Assembly (NCBI GenBank): GCA_027307045.1
Contig: DAHUXR010000006.1
Coordinates: forward strand, 14,185-78,184
Reading direction: 5' to 3'
Source of the DNA: Acidobacteriaceae bacterium
GTDB taxonomy: Bacteria > Acidobacteriota > Terriglobia > Terriglobales > Acidobacteriaceae
Length of the DNA: 64,000 bases
Shown: positions 44,805 to 54,394 of the stretch, piece after piece
How the letters are laid out: the number at the start of each line of letters is the position of its first letter
How positions within the stretch are numbered: the stretch's first letter is position 1
Notes under the pieces: model-generated
Databases searched by the model: none
What the model saw: only the letters and a program-made list of their open reading frames with translations
What the model was told of the DNA's origin: nothing
Program-made: the position numbers and the translations under genes

Positions 44805-46012
44805 AACGCAACTCCCGCGGCGCGGGAATGGACTTCCTTCGGGCGCGCAACCTGCTCCAGAACAGCCGCCGTTTCTTGCGCGCAAAGGTCCCAGCTGAAT
44901 CTCTGCGCGCGTTCGCGGCCCCGTTGGGCAAGTTCAACCTGCAAGTCGCGGGACAACAACACCGATTCCATGCATGCAGCTATGTCTTCAACGGAATTGG
45001 GATTGAAATAACGCAGAACGCCGCCGGAGATCTCCGGTAGACAGGAAGTGTTGGCGACGATAGTAGGGACACGACAGGCCATGGCTTCAACCATGGGAAG
45101 ACAGAATCCTTCATAGAGTGACGGGATTGCTTCGAGTGACGCGCCGCGAACCAGCAGAGACAAATCGCGATCAACGAGCGCACCAGTGAGGATGACCTTG
45201 CCACGCCCCGTGTTATCTGCATTGGCAAGATTCAGCGTTTCTTCATGCTGCCACGCCAAAGGACCAGCCAACACCAAGTCGAAGTCGAGCTGCGGATTTC
45301 TGGCGAGCATTTGGCGGTAAGCCGCGATGAGGCGGGGAAGATTTTTTCTTGGCTGGATTGCGCCATGATGGAGGATGTACGGGCGGTTGATGCGCAGGCG
45401 GTTGAGCAACTGCTGAAGCAAAGCTGCATCTGGCACGATACAACTAAATAGATCCCGGTCATAGCCTTCATATATGACATGAACTTTCGACGCAGGAACG
45501 CCGCAAATGCGAACGAGGTCCTGGCGGGAGTTTTCAGAGACGGTAATGATCGCGACGGACGATTTAGCGGAGCGCGCGAGCAGGAACTTCAAGAAGAAAG
45601 TCGTACGGTTGGGAAAACATGGCATCACCATCGGCGTGAGGTCATGGATGACGGTTATGGTCGGCAGCAGAGTGTTAAGGGGCAGCGAAGCACCGTTCGG
45701 ATTCAGCATGATGTCCGCGCCATCAATGAAAGCAGCGGCGGTCGCGCCACCGTAACGCCATAGCCGATCGAATCGTATTAATGCAGACTTGCGCGGACAA
45801 AAATTGGGCTCCTCCGTAAATTTGCCGGCCGTAGAATTTCCTGTCGCAGGGAGAAATGGTCGAATCTCAAGTCCACCGACTCCTGCGAGTCGCTGGAGGG
45901 CAGCCAGCAGGCTGCGAGTGTAAACCTGGATTCCATGGTGGTCGTATTGCGGCTTGAGCGCAGACGCATCGATGGCGACTTTCACGAATTCATGATTGCC
46001 GGCGGCTTTCAT
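44801..46012 (-). CDS. Glycosyltransferase family 4
   Basis: 'LEAIPSLYEGFCLPMVEAMACRVPTIVA'. Start reassigned to ATG 46012, which overlaps the upstream stop (ATGA). Confidence 0.85.
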   Translation of the reverse strand: MKAAGNHEFVKVAIDASALKPQYDHHGIQVYTRSLLAALQRLAGVGGLEIRPFLPATGNSTAGKFTEEPNFCPRKSALIRFDRLWRYGGATAAAFIDGADIMLNPNGASLPLNTLLPTITVIHDLTPMVMPCFPNRTTFFLKFLLARSAKSSVAIITVSENSRQDLVRICGVPASKVHVIYEGYDRDLFSCIVPDAALLQQLLNRLRINRPYILHHGAIQPRKNLPRLIAAYRQMLARNPQLDFDLVLAGPLAWQHEETLNLANADNTGRGKVILTGALVDRDLSLLVRGASLEAIPSLYEGFCLPMVEAMACRVPTIVANTSCLPEISGGVLRYFNPNSVEDIAACMESVLLSRDLQVELAQRGRERAQRFSWDLCAQETAAVLEQVARPKEVHSRAAGVAL

Positions 46013-47136
46013 GCGTAGGCTGCTCTTGGCAGCGATAATTGCAAAGCCTGGTGATAGACAGCCAGCGTCTGCCGGGCAGTTTCTTCCCAACTGAAGCGAA
46101 GCAGGTTCCTGCGCCCATCCGCAATTAGAGCGGCCCGCACGGACTCATTGGAAAAGGCGAGGAAAAGCTGGCTTGCCATTTCTTCCGGCTTATGAGGATC
46201 AAAGTAGAGTGCTGCCCTGCCTGCGACTTCCGGCAGCGAGGTGGCAGATGAACAGACGACGGGCGTTCCACAGGCCATCGCCTCAAGCACGGTGAAACCG
46301 AAGCCTTCATGAAGCGACGGACAACCGTAAACGCGAGCGCCAGAATAAAGGGCGCGAAGGTCGGCGTCATTTACAAAGCCAGTGAAGATGACGTGCTCCG
46401 CGATCCCTAGTTCCTGGACAAGCTCGCGAAGAAGTGATTCACCTTCTCCCAATGGGCCGGCGATCACAAGTTGCGACTGTGCTCCGCTTTTGTACAGGAG
46501 TTGAAATGCCTTCAATAATCTGGCGTGGTTTTTGCGAGGCTTATAGATGCCTACCGATAACAGATAGTCGCGATCAATACCGAATCTGGATTGCACTGAA
46601 AAGACTTCTGCAGCATCGGCTCCAGCTTGAAAGAATGGATCGACCGCAGGGTAAACAACCTCGATCTTTGACGGATCGGCGTGCAGATAACGAACTATCT
46701 CATTTTTGGAGTGTTCAGAGTCCGTAATGAGGCGCGTGGCCATGCGTGAACAAGCAGTCATCATGGCGCGGTAGTATAGGCGTCCGGCGAGCGATGACAG
46801 GTCTTCCGGGCAGGCCATATAGATCACGTCATGAATGGTGGCAACGGCTGGGCATGGACGTATCAGCGGCAGAAGGAAATGCGGCGAATGCAATAGATCA
46901 ACCTTGTAATGGCTGATAATTCGCGGCAACTCAAATTGTTCCCTAAAGGAATAGTACTTCAGGCCAGTGCAAAGTATTTTTGCGTTCGGGGCATGAATCA
47001 GGTGCTCGCTTTGCGGCGGCAGAATGAGCAGATACTCGTGTTCGGGAGCTTGCGCTGTGATGGATTCGGCCAGGCACTTCATGTACCGGCCGATTCCCGG
47101 ATTGCCGATTCTCCGCAGATCGAAAGCGATTTTCAT
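46009..47136 (-). CDS. Glycosyltransferase family 4
   Basis: 'RVYGCPSLHEGFGFTVLEAMACGTPVVCS'. Confidence 0.85.
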   Translation of the reverse strand: MKIAFDLRRIGNPGIGRYMKCLAESITAQAPEHEYLLILPPQSEHLIHAPNAKILCTGLKYYSFREQFELPRIISHYKVDLLHSPHFLLPLIRPCPAVATIHDVIYMACPEDLSSLAGRLYYRAMMTACSRMATRLITDSEHSKNEIVRYLHADPSKIEVVYPAVDPFFQAGADAAEVFSVQSRFGIDRDYLLSVGIYKPRKNHARLLKAFQLLYKSGAQSQLVIAGPLGEGESLLRELVQELGIAEHVIFTGFVNDADLRALYSGARVYGCPSLHEGFGFTVLEAMACGTPVVCSSATSLPEVAGRAALYFDPHKPEEMASQLFLAFSNESVRAALIADGRRNLLRFSWEETARQTLAVYHQALQLSLPRAAYA

Positions 47137-47144
47137 GCAGAGCC

Positions 47145-47795
47145 TTAAAACGATGCCGCCCGCGCCATGAAAGTTTTTGCGGTTCCGACAAGTAAACTCT
47201 CTCTGACGGCGACGAAGATCGAATGGATCATGGCGTGGTGGAGGTCTTCAACCAGTTGAACGTTATCTGAGGGAACAATGGCGCAAACGTCGCACAGAGA
47301 CTTCATCTGGCCACCCTGGCAGCCGCCGAGACCCACAGTCATGGCTCCGCATTCTCTGGCTGTTTCCAGCGCCAGCAAAACATTGGCGGAATCACCACTG
47401 GTGCTAATGGCGAAAGCCACATCGCGCGGCTTGATGAATGTCTTTAGCTGCTCGGAAAAAACGCGTTCGTATCCAAAGTCATTGGCCCATGCGGTAATGA
47501 GTGAAGCATTGTCAGTAAGCGCCATGACCCTGGGGCGCTTGCCCTCGCCGGGCGCGACGGCGCCTTTATTGATGTCGCACATCAGATGCGAGGCGCTGGC
47601 TGCGCTGCCGCCGTTGCCAAAGACATACACAGTCCGCTGCTCTGCAAAGGCATCAAGGAAAACAGAGACAATTGTAGTGATGGAGTTGTATGGCAGATGA
47701 GGAACAAGCTCGGTGAGATCGCGAAAATACGTTCTTACGGACCGGTCCGCATGCTGGAGAGATTCCCATTCTCGATCTTGATGTCCGGGAGCCAT
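47145..47795 (-). CDS. SIS domain protein (GmhA/phosphoheptose-isomerase-like)
   Basis: 'VYVFGNGGSAASASHLMCD' and 'DVAFAISTSGDSANVL'. SD 'aggag' upstream. Confidence 0.8.
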   Translation of the reverse strand: MAPGHQDREWESLQHADRSVRTYFRDLTELVPHLPYNSITTIVSVFLDAFAEQRTVYVFGNGGSAASASHLMCDINKGAVAPGEGKRPRVMALTDNASLITAWANDFGYERVFSEQLKTFIKPRDVAFAISTSGDSANVLLALETARECGAMTVGLGGCQGGQMKSLCDVCAIVPSDNVQLVEDLHHAMIHSIFVAVRESLLVGTAKTFMARAASF

Positions 47796-47832
47796 GAGTA
47801 CTCCTACTCAGAATTTTGTTCAACAGCTGCTC

Positions 47833-49170
47833 TTAGCTGATCCTGCGCCGCAACTTTGCAAAAACAGAGCGGAATTCTCCCGCAACATCAGCGGCCAGCA
47901 GCCGGTATGAATCATCTGCCGGGACCTGCTGCCAACGGTACTTTCCCACCACCCACAAACATGCCAGGAGAAATGCGCCGAAGATACTACCGCCAACGAT
48001 CAGGCCGCGGACAGGACTGGAACGTTTTTCCGGGGCAACTCCCGCATCCATCACGCGGACGATGGGAATCTCTTTTGCCTCCTGAATTTTTGCCATTTCG
48101 AATTGCTGGGTCACAAACGCATAAACTGCTTCCTGAATCTTGGCTTCGCGGTAAAGATCTGCATAGCGCGAGCCCAGCCCAGGCAGTGTATGCATGGAAG
48201 GATAAGGGGCGGACCAACCGGAGGCTGGGTTTTGCTCTGTTACATCATCCTTCTGGCCAACCAGCGTCGTGAGTTGCGATCGCAATTCCGCCATGCGTGC
48301 CTTGAGCGTGCGCACGCGCACATTATCGTCAGAATAAATTTGTTGCAGCCCTTTCAGCTCGGTTTCACTGGCGATGAGCTCGCCCTGCATGCGGGCGGCG
48401 GCATCCATCACGGCACGGCCTTCATTCTGGGGATCGACCATGGAGTTTTTGGTGGTGAACTGGCTTAAAGCGGCGGAGGCGCGTGCGAGATCCTGTTTCG
48501 CGGTGGCAAGACGTTCCTCAAGAAACTGGCGTTCGCGGTGGGCCGAAGAAGTATTGAGATCGACAGCCAGCCGGTTCAGCTCGTCCACATAAGCATTGGC
48601 TATCTGCGCGGCCATCTTTGGCTCATAGTCGGTGACGGTGAGCGTGATCACGCCGCTTTTTTTGTCTTCCTCAATGTCAGTAAACCTGGCCAGCTTTTTG
48701 CGCGCCTCAAAATAGGTGCTTTTGCCGTAGCGAGCGCGCAAGTCAAAGCGGTTAATCAGGCGATCCTGCACCGTGCGGCTCTTCAGTACCTCAACGTAAA
48801 AAGCGCCAGGAGTTTTGGCGCCGAGCAGGCTGGCCGCATCCAGCCCGAATCCCATGCTTGAATTTTCATTGCCAAGAGCCTTGCTCATGAGGCCCATCAT
48901 TGAGCTGCTGCCGTTCGTGCTGGAATTTTCTCCGGGGACAAACCTGACGGCGGACTTGAAGTGCGGTGGAATCAGAAAAGCCAGAGCGACTGAAGCGATG
49001 AGCGTTTTCCAGATTACGCCCCACAGAAAGCGGCGTGATCGCCACAGCACCCAGAGCTTCTCTCCTTTGCGATCGTCAGGCTCGGGTGCTGGCGGGGAAT
49101 ATCGCTTCTCCAACTCCGGATGGATGGAGGGGGCGTAAATGGGTACGGTGGCCTGGCCCCTAGCTTCCAC
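47833..49170 (-). CDS. Polysaccharide chain-length determinant (Wzz/GumC, PCP family) without kinase domain
   Basis: The N-terminal TM 'VIWKTLIASVALAFLIPP' and C-terminal TM 'LIVGGSIFGAFLLACLWVVG' flank a coiled-coil periplasmic region. No Walker motifs are present. Confidence 0.75.
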   Translation of the reverse strand: MEARGQATVPIYAPSIHPELEKRYSPPAPEPDDRKGEKLWVLWRSRRFLWGVIWKTLIASVALAFLIPPHFKSAVRFVPGENSSTNGSSSMMGLMSKALGNENSSMGFGLDAASLLGAKTPGAFYVEVLKSRTVQDRLINRFDLRARYGKSTYFEARKKLARFTDIEEDKKSGVITLTVTDYEPKMAAQIANAYVDELNRLAVDLNTSSAHRERQFLEERLATAKQDLARASAALSQFTTKNSMVDPQNEGRAVMDAAARMQGELIASETELKGLQQIYSDDNVRVRTLKARMAELRSQLTTLVGQKDDVTEQNPASGWSAPYPSMHTLPGLGSRYADLYREAKIQEAVYAFVTQQFEMAKIQEAKEIPIVRVMDAGVAPEKRSSPVRGLIVGGSIFGAFLLACLWVVGKYRWQQVPADDSYRLLAADVAGEFRSVFAKLRRRIS

Positions 49171-51640
49171 GTTTGAATCTCCAATGCGGCCAATATGTTA
49201 ATTGAAATGACGCGGTGAAATCATTCTGTTTTTTTCCAGCGCTTAGTAACGGGAAATTCCAATATTCATACTGCAAAAAGGTTGTGAGAGAGAGCGTAGG
49301 AGACAATGCCCATTCTGACTTGGCATATATGTCTCTAAGATTTCCGCCCTGGAGAAACATGCTGTCCGCGATTTCACTGCGGTAGCCGAACTGGACCGTT
49401 TTATCCGCTGCGGCCCAATACGTGGTACTGGCGCGCAAGGAAATTCCCTGCCGGCCCACGGTGGCATCGCCCATGATGTTGCCTTTATTCGTGTAGCCAT
49501 CCAGGTAACGGTCATTCCAGTAGAAGAAGCCCCCGTTCAACGGCTGAATCAGTCCGGGAAGGTTGGTGTAAGAACCTTCCACGCGAAAATCCAGACGCTC
49601 CATGCCGGGAAAATGAGACAGATAAAGGCCGGGGGTGTGTGCGGCGCGGCGCGGATAGCCGATGGGCGAAATTTCGTCTTCGACAAAAGAATCGTCGTAG
49701 AGCGTCAACCAGTTTCTGAAACCGGGAAGGCGATACGTGAAATCGAAAGTGGAACGCCGGTCACCCGGATCGGAGCCGCGGCCAGCGCTATTGCCAGTGG
49801 AAAATAAAGAATGCTTGAGTGATGACGCCGTTATCGGAAAATCAGGGCCGCCAAACATCCCGGTACGTCCCACGCCAAACTCAAAATTGGGTGTGGGCTT
49901 GAAGTTGATCTTGAAACCGTTGACCAGCGGCTGCTGCGGCAAAGTCCGACCGAAAGAGAAAACTTCTCCAATTGTTGGATCCTGAGTGTTGTTCCAATGA
50001 GAGCCTGTCATTTTTCCAACCCAGTACTCGGTGCGGAACGGCCCCAGCAACTTTCCCAGAATCCATGGAAGTTTGGACGGATGCGTCTGGTCAACGCGGA
50101 GCATATAAAGAGGCTCAGCGTTGTTGCTCCAGAGAAAGGGATCCTGGGTGGGACTGAGCCAAAGAGTCTGCTTGCCAAATGAGGTTTGCCAGCCTTTGAT
50201 GTTCAGAGAAATGGATGCATCGATCAAGCGGAACTGGTTAAAAGCAGGAATTGCTGAAGCCGGCTGCGGGCCTTTCATGTCGGTAACTTGAATGGCATCC
50301 TGCACGGCCTGGGAATAACCGGCAGCTGAAGGAGCGTGCTCATATTCGCCACGGACTGAGAAAGCAAGCGCGCCGGCAACGCCGCTAGAAGAAAATCCGC
50401 CTAATCCGTTGGTGCCGCGCTGGTAGGGGCGGCCATCGTCATTCACGATGGTCTGCCCGAAGTGGTAACTATCGGTAAGAGGAGGACCGGAGATTGAGGT
50501 GGTGCGCGCATACACGGAGTCCAGACCGATAAAGTCAGTCGGTTCGTCTTTCAACTCCCGGGCGAATTCGCGGGCAAGAGAGGAGTAAAGCAGGGAAGCT
50601 TCATCGGGATTGGATTCATCCACCTCGCCGGAGATCTCTTCGAGCAGCCGGGAGCATTCATTGCGCGTCCATGGCCTGATCCCGACGATCCCGCTGTTGA
50701 GCACGCCCAGCGCGGCAAGGCGATCAAATGCGGGATACACCCAGCTATCAATAGGAACGTACGGTGAACCGCGCTCGGCGTGGGGAAACCCTTCAGGACT
50801 TGGATCGTGAGTAAATTTTCCGTAGCCCGCGCCCGGCAGCTCATGATTGTGGTGCGCTTTGTAGGCCTGCCATCCCATGAGCCATCCCATGGCGCTGCCA
50901 ACTACTACGTCGCTGGGGAAATGGTCGCGGCCGGCAACTCGGGCGGCGCTCACAGTTGTTGCGAGTCCATAGAATAAAATCTGCGAGAGCGGGCCGGGAT
51001 ATTCATGGGCCAAAGCGCTGGCGGCGGACCAAGCGAGCAGAGCGTGGGCCGAAGGAAAAGACGAATTAGCGATTGATGAACTGTTGAAGAACTCACCCTT
51101 GAAGTTACCGTCTGTGGGACGAGCGCGCTGGGTGACTGCCTTCAGTACTTCGCCGACGATCAGGCTATTGGTGGCGGCCTCAATGGCAATGATACCGGTC
51201 TCTTTTTTATGTTCGTCGCCAGTGTATTTGCCCAGCAGGTAAAGAGAGCCGCTCCCGCCCAGCAACAGAGCGACGCCACCATTGGAAACGGTGCTGGCAT
51301 GCTTGCCCAGAGTACTGGTCCCAGTGATCCTTGAGGAAAGCTCTGCATCTGCGTTAATCAGGCCAGCGCTTACGCCAGTGAGCGGCACGATCCAGTTCAA
51401 ATCCTGGATGCGGGCCTTGAAGGGACTGGTCCAGATATCTTTCTGGTCGCGGCCCAGGTTGCGCAGGAACTTTACCGGATTGTCGCTGGCATAGTGAGAG
51501 TCGTCACCACGCTGCGCGACTGGCGTAGGTGTTGGCGTTGGCGTGGAAGAAGCAGTCGACGAGCTATCACTCGACTGCCCCCATGTTGCCGTGGCTGAAA
51601 AAAAGACGATTAGTAAAAGAGCAAGCCTGCAATTTCCCAT
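49160..51640 (-). CDS. PAP2 phosphatase domain fused to a Wzi-like capsule-assembly outer-membrane barrel
   Basis: Signal peptide 'LALLLIVFFSATATWGQ'. PAP2 motifs 'KAVTQRARP', 'SFPSAHA' and 'RVAGRDHFPSDVVVG'. These are followed by 'YVPIDSWVYPAFDRLAALGVL...RPWTRNECSRLLEE' and ~500 aa of beta-rich, Tyr/Gly-rich sequence ending in aromatic residues, as in Wzi. Confidence 0.7.
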   Translation of the reverse strand: MGNCRLALLLIVFFSATATWGQSSDSSSTASSTPTPTPTPVAQRGDDSHYASDNPVKFLRNLGRDQKDIWTSPFKARIQDLNWIVPLTGVSAGLINADAELSSRITGTSTLGKHASTVSNGGVALLLGGSGSLYLLGKYTGDEHKKETGIIAIEAATNSLIVGEVLKAVTQRARPTDGNFKGEFFNSSSIANSSFPSAHALLAWSAASALAHEYPGPLSQILFYGLATTVSAARVAGRDHFPSDVVVGSAMGWLMGWQAYKAHHNHELPGAGYGKFTHDPSPEGFPHAERGSPYVPIDSWVYPAFDRLAALGVLNSGIVGIRPWTRNECSRLLEEISGEVDESNPDEASLLYSSLAREFARELKDEPTDFIGLDSVYARTTSISGPPLTDSYHFGQTIVNDDGRPYQRGTNGLGGFSSSGVAGALAFSVRGEYEHAPSAAGYSQAVQDAIQVTDMKGPQPASAIPAFNQFRLIDASISLNIKGWQTSFGKQTLWLSPTQDPFLWSNNAEPLYMLRVDQTHPSKLPWILGKLLGPFRTEYWVGKMTGSHWNNTQDPTIGEVFSFGRTLPQQPLVNGFKINFKPTPNFEFGVGRTGMFGGPDFPITASSLKHSLFSTGNSAGRGSDPGDRRSTFDFTYRLPGFRNWLTLYDDSFVEDEISPIGYPRRAAHTPGLYLSHFPGMERLDFRVEGSYTNLPGLIQPLNGGFFYWNDRYLDGYTNKGNIMGDATVGRQGISLRASTTYWAAADKTVQFGYRSEIADSMFLQGGNLRDIYAKSEWALSPTLSLTTFLQYEYWNFPLLSAGKKQNDFTASFQLTYWPHWRFKRGS

Positions 51641-51661
51641 TCGGTCAACTCATTCTCTCAG

Positions 51662-54394
51662 TTAAAAAGTCCTGATAACGCTAACGGCAACGGCCGCGCC
51701 GGAAAGCAATGAAATTGTCTGGTTCAGGTTTTTGAAAATTCCCGTGCCTGCGCCCTTCTCAGGAACGAAAATGGTGTCGCCGGCTTGCAGGGTTGTGCCC
51801 AAAACATTGCCGGACCACCATTCTCCGGAACCGCGGCCTACCACTGTTCCGTTGGCGCGGACCACGAATATCTCTTTCTTATTGGCAAGCGTGGTTGGAC
51901 CGCCCGCCTGTTTGAGATACCAGCCAGCATGCTTGCCGGAGCTGAAAGTAATAGCGATGGGGTTATAAACCTGTCCCGCGACCATAACAAACGTCGGCCT
52001 CTTGGGAATATAGAGCGTATCACCGGCCCGGACTTCGACGTCCGCCTCCGTACCCTCCCACTTTTCAATTTGGGAGCTAACGTGAATTAACATCCGGCCA
52101 TTGGGTTGAAGCTGTTTCAGTTTGGCAAGCAGCTGCTGGCGTTCACGCTCCTGGGCGACAGCATTGCTGTTCCGTGAAGATGAAGAAGAGGATGAAGAGG
52201 CCGTTCCCCCGGGGGCGCCAATATTTTGCGCCTGGATCTGCGTCACCATCTCTTCACGGCTTTTGGCTGCGGCCTCGCGAACCTGGGCGCGGTCCAGAAT
52301 GGCGGCGTAGGGATAGGCTTCATTGGAAAATCCGCCCGCACGCTTGAGGATGGAGCTGAGATGTTCTCCGCGCTGGATTCCGTAGCGACCGGGGTGCATG
52401 ACCTCACCGCTAACAGACACGGCGCCGCCAATATCGTTCCAGCCGCCGATTTGCCGGATGGTAAGAACATCACCCGGTTTCAGCAGGACATCTGTATCGG
52501 CTTCGCCGGCCAGCGCGCGTCCGATGGGAATATTACGGTGATCCAAATCAACGTGATCGCCATCGATGACGGAATAGCTGGTGAGATCGGCTTCCTGCTG
52601 ATACGCAGAGCGCTTGAAACCGCCAGACATGCGCAGAAGGTCGGCAGCGGTCATTTTTTCCGAAAGCGGATATTCGCCGGGGCGCAAGACTTCGCCAAAG
52701 ATCGAAACTTTGGGCCCGTCAGTCTCATAGCGGCCAAAAATGCGAACAGTGTCAAAGGGCTCCAGACTGGGGGCTTCAATTTTTTTGGAAAGAACGGCGC
52801 GCAGGTTAAAAGGAATCACCACCGGAGTGAAGTCCGGAGGATGCAGGCGAACAATTTCCGCGCGGTCGGCCGGCTCGGGAAGGAGATCGTCATATGACGA
52901 TACAAGATCGGTGACTTTGTAGCCATCCTTAAAGGAAAACTTTCCGGGACGGAAGACATGTCCTTCAAGATAAACAGCGCGATTGCTGTACGGAAGAATG
53001 GGCAGGACGGTAACGATGTCGCCATCCTGAATGCGAAACCGTTTGAAGGCGTCATCGGCTGCCTGAATGCCGGCCCCGCCGGAGACGTTAACGCTCATCA
53101 TCTCTTTGCGTTCGTGGGCCTGAATACGCTCAACCCTGATGCGGCTCAGCTCTCCAGTAACGGGAACGCCGCCCGCCAAATCGAGGACCTGGTCCAGCGT
53201 TTGCTCTTTTCGAAGTTCATAAATTGCGGGCCGACGAACCTTTCCAGCCACGGTGACTTGCGGACCGATGGGCGGCACAAGAATGCTGTCACCAGATTCA
53301 AGGTGGACTTCAGCGGAACTCACGCCTTTCAACATAAGATCGTAAAGATCCACCTCCTCCACCAGGGCCTTGCCGCGATAATGTTTTACCGTGCGGTAGG
53401 ACCCGGTATCAGTGGGGCCGCCAGCGGCGATCAAGGCGCTTAAGGCCGTGGAGAGCGAACTGATGTCATAAGCGGCTGGATTCTTGACATCGCCCACGAC
53501 ATAGACGCGCACAGTACGCAGCTTGCCCAGGGTAACGTCCACTGAAATCCCACGCAGTTGATGGCTCAGCATCTTCTGAATGGTCTGCTGGACTTCACCA
53601 AGGGTACGCCCGGCAACAACAGTGGACCCGGCTTCAGGAATCGAGATGCGGCCTTCGCGGTCGACCGAACGCTGAATGTGTTGTGAAGATGTGCCCCAGT
53701 AATCGATGACCAGTTCATCGCCGGGACCGAGAATGTAGTCCGGACCAACGGGAACACTCAAAGTAGATTTATCCGCAACGGCGGCGCTATTACGAAAGAG
53801 AGCCGCGCCAAAGCGCTCCAGTTTTGTTTCGTCCACAGTGGCCTGCGTATAAAGATCACGCAAGGCCGGCAGGTTGCGGAAAGGATATTGTTCCTGCGTT
53901 GGGCCTTTTTCAGTCTTCGGCCTTCGCGGACGCGCTTGTCCATTCATTCCTTGCTGGCCGCCCTGCATTCCCTGCTGTCCGGCCGGACCCTGGCGCGGCA
54001 TAGTCCGCGGAAATGGTTGCTGCCCGCTTTGCTGGTTCGTTTGCTGGCCTGATGGTTGAGCTGAAGGAACAATCTGTTCATCGGGTGTCTGCTCGCCTTG
54101 CTGGGCGGGACCGAAGCCGCGCCTGGCCAGTTCATTGGCGGCAATCTGGCGCACACGGTCATCCGAGCGAATCTGGCTGAAAAGACGATCATCGGTGATG
54201 TCATTCTCAGAGACGTTATAGCCGCGGTCGCGCAGCTGCGCTACGATCTCCGCTTTTGCTTCAGCGAGAACATCTGGGTTTTGCTGGAGAATCTGGATGA
54301 TCTCCTCGGCCGAGAGATCATTATCCTGGGCAAAGGATTTTCCGGAAAGAACAATGCAGAACACTACGAGGGCCAACAAACAACCAAGCCGCAT
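51662..54394 (-). CDS. Polysaccharide export protein (Wza-like Poly_export + multiple SLBB domains), ~910 aa
   Basis: 'YILGPGDELVIDYWG' Poly_export motif, repeated 'GDI/GDV..V.' SLBB-like units, and a Gln/Gly-rich N-terminal tract. ATG 54394 (MRLGCLLALVVFCIVLSGKSFAQ) is preferred over the TTG at 54421. Confidence 0.85.
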   Translation of the reverse strand: MRLGCLLALVVFCIVLSGKSFAQDNDLSAEEIIQILQQNPDVLAEAKAEIVAQLRDRGYNVSENDITDDRLFSQIRSDDRVRQIAANELARRGFGPAQQGEQTPDEQIVPSAQPSGQQTNQQSGQQPFPRTMPRQGPAGQQGMQGGQQGMNGQARPRRPKTEKGPTQEQYPFRNLPALRDLYTQATVDETKLERFGAALFRNSAAVADKSTLSVPVGPDYILGPGDELVIDYWGTSSQHIQRSVDREGRISIPEAGSTVVAGRTLGEVQQTIQKMLSHQLRGISVDVTLGKLRTVRVYVVGDVKNPAAYDISSLSTALSALIAAGGPTDTGSYRTVKHYRGKALVEEVDLYDLMLKGVSSAEVHLESGDSILVPPIGPQVTVAGKVRRPAIYELRKEQTLDQVLDLAGGVPVTGELSRIRVERIQAHERKEMMSVNVSGGAGIQAADDAFKRFRIQDGDIVTVLPILPYSNRAVYLEGHVFRPGKFSFKDGYKVTDLVSSYDDLLPEPADRAEIVRLHPPDFTPVVIPFNLRAVLSKKIEAPSLEPFDTVRIFGRYETDGPKVSIFGEVLRPGEYPLSEKMTAADLLRMSGGFKRSAYQQEADLTSYSVIDGDHVDLDHRNIPIGRALAGEADTDVLLKPGDVLTIRQIGGWNDIGGAVSVSGEVMHPGRYGIQRGEHLSSILKRAGGFSNEAYPYAAILDRAQVREAAAKSREEMVTQIQAQNIGAPGGTASSSSSSSSRNSNAVAQERERQQLLAKLKQLQPNGRMLIHVSSQIEKWEGTEADVEVRAGDTLYIPKRPTFVMVAGQVYNPIAITFSSGKHAGWYLKQAGGPTTLANKKEIFVVRANGTVVGRGSGEWWSGNVLGTTLQAGDTIFVPEKGAGTGIFKNLNQTISLLSGAAVAVSVIRTF

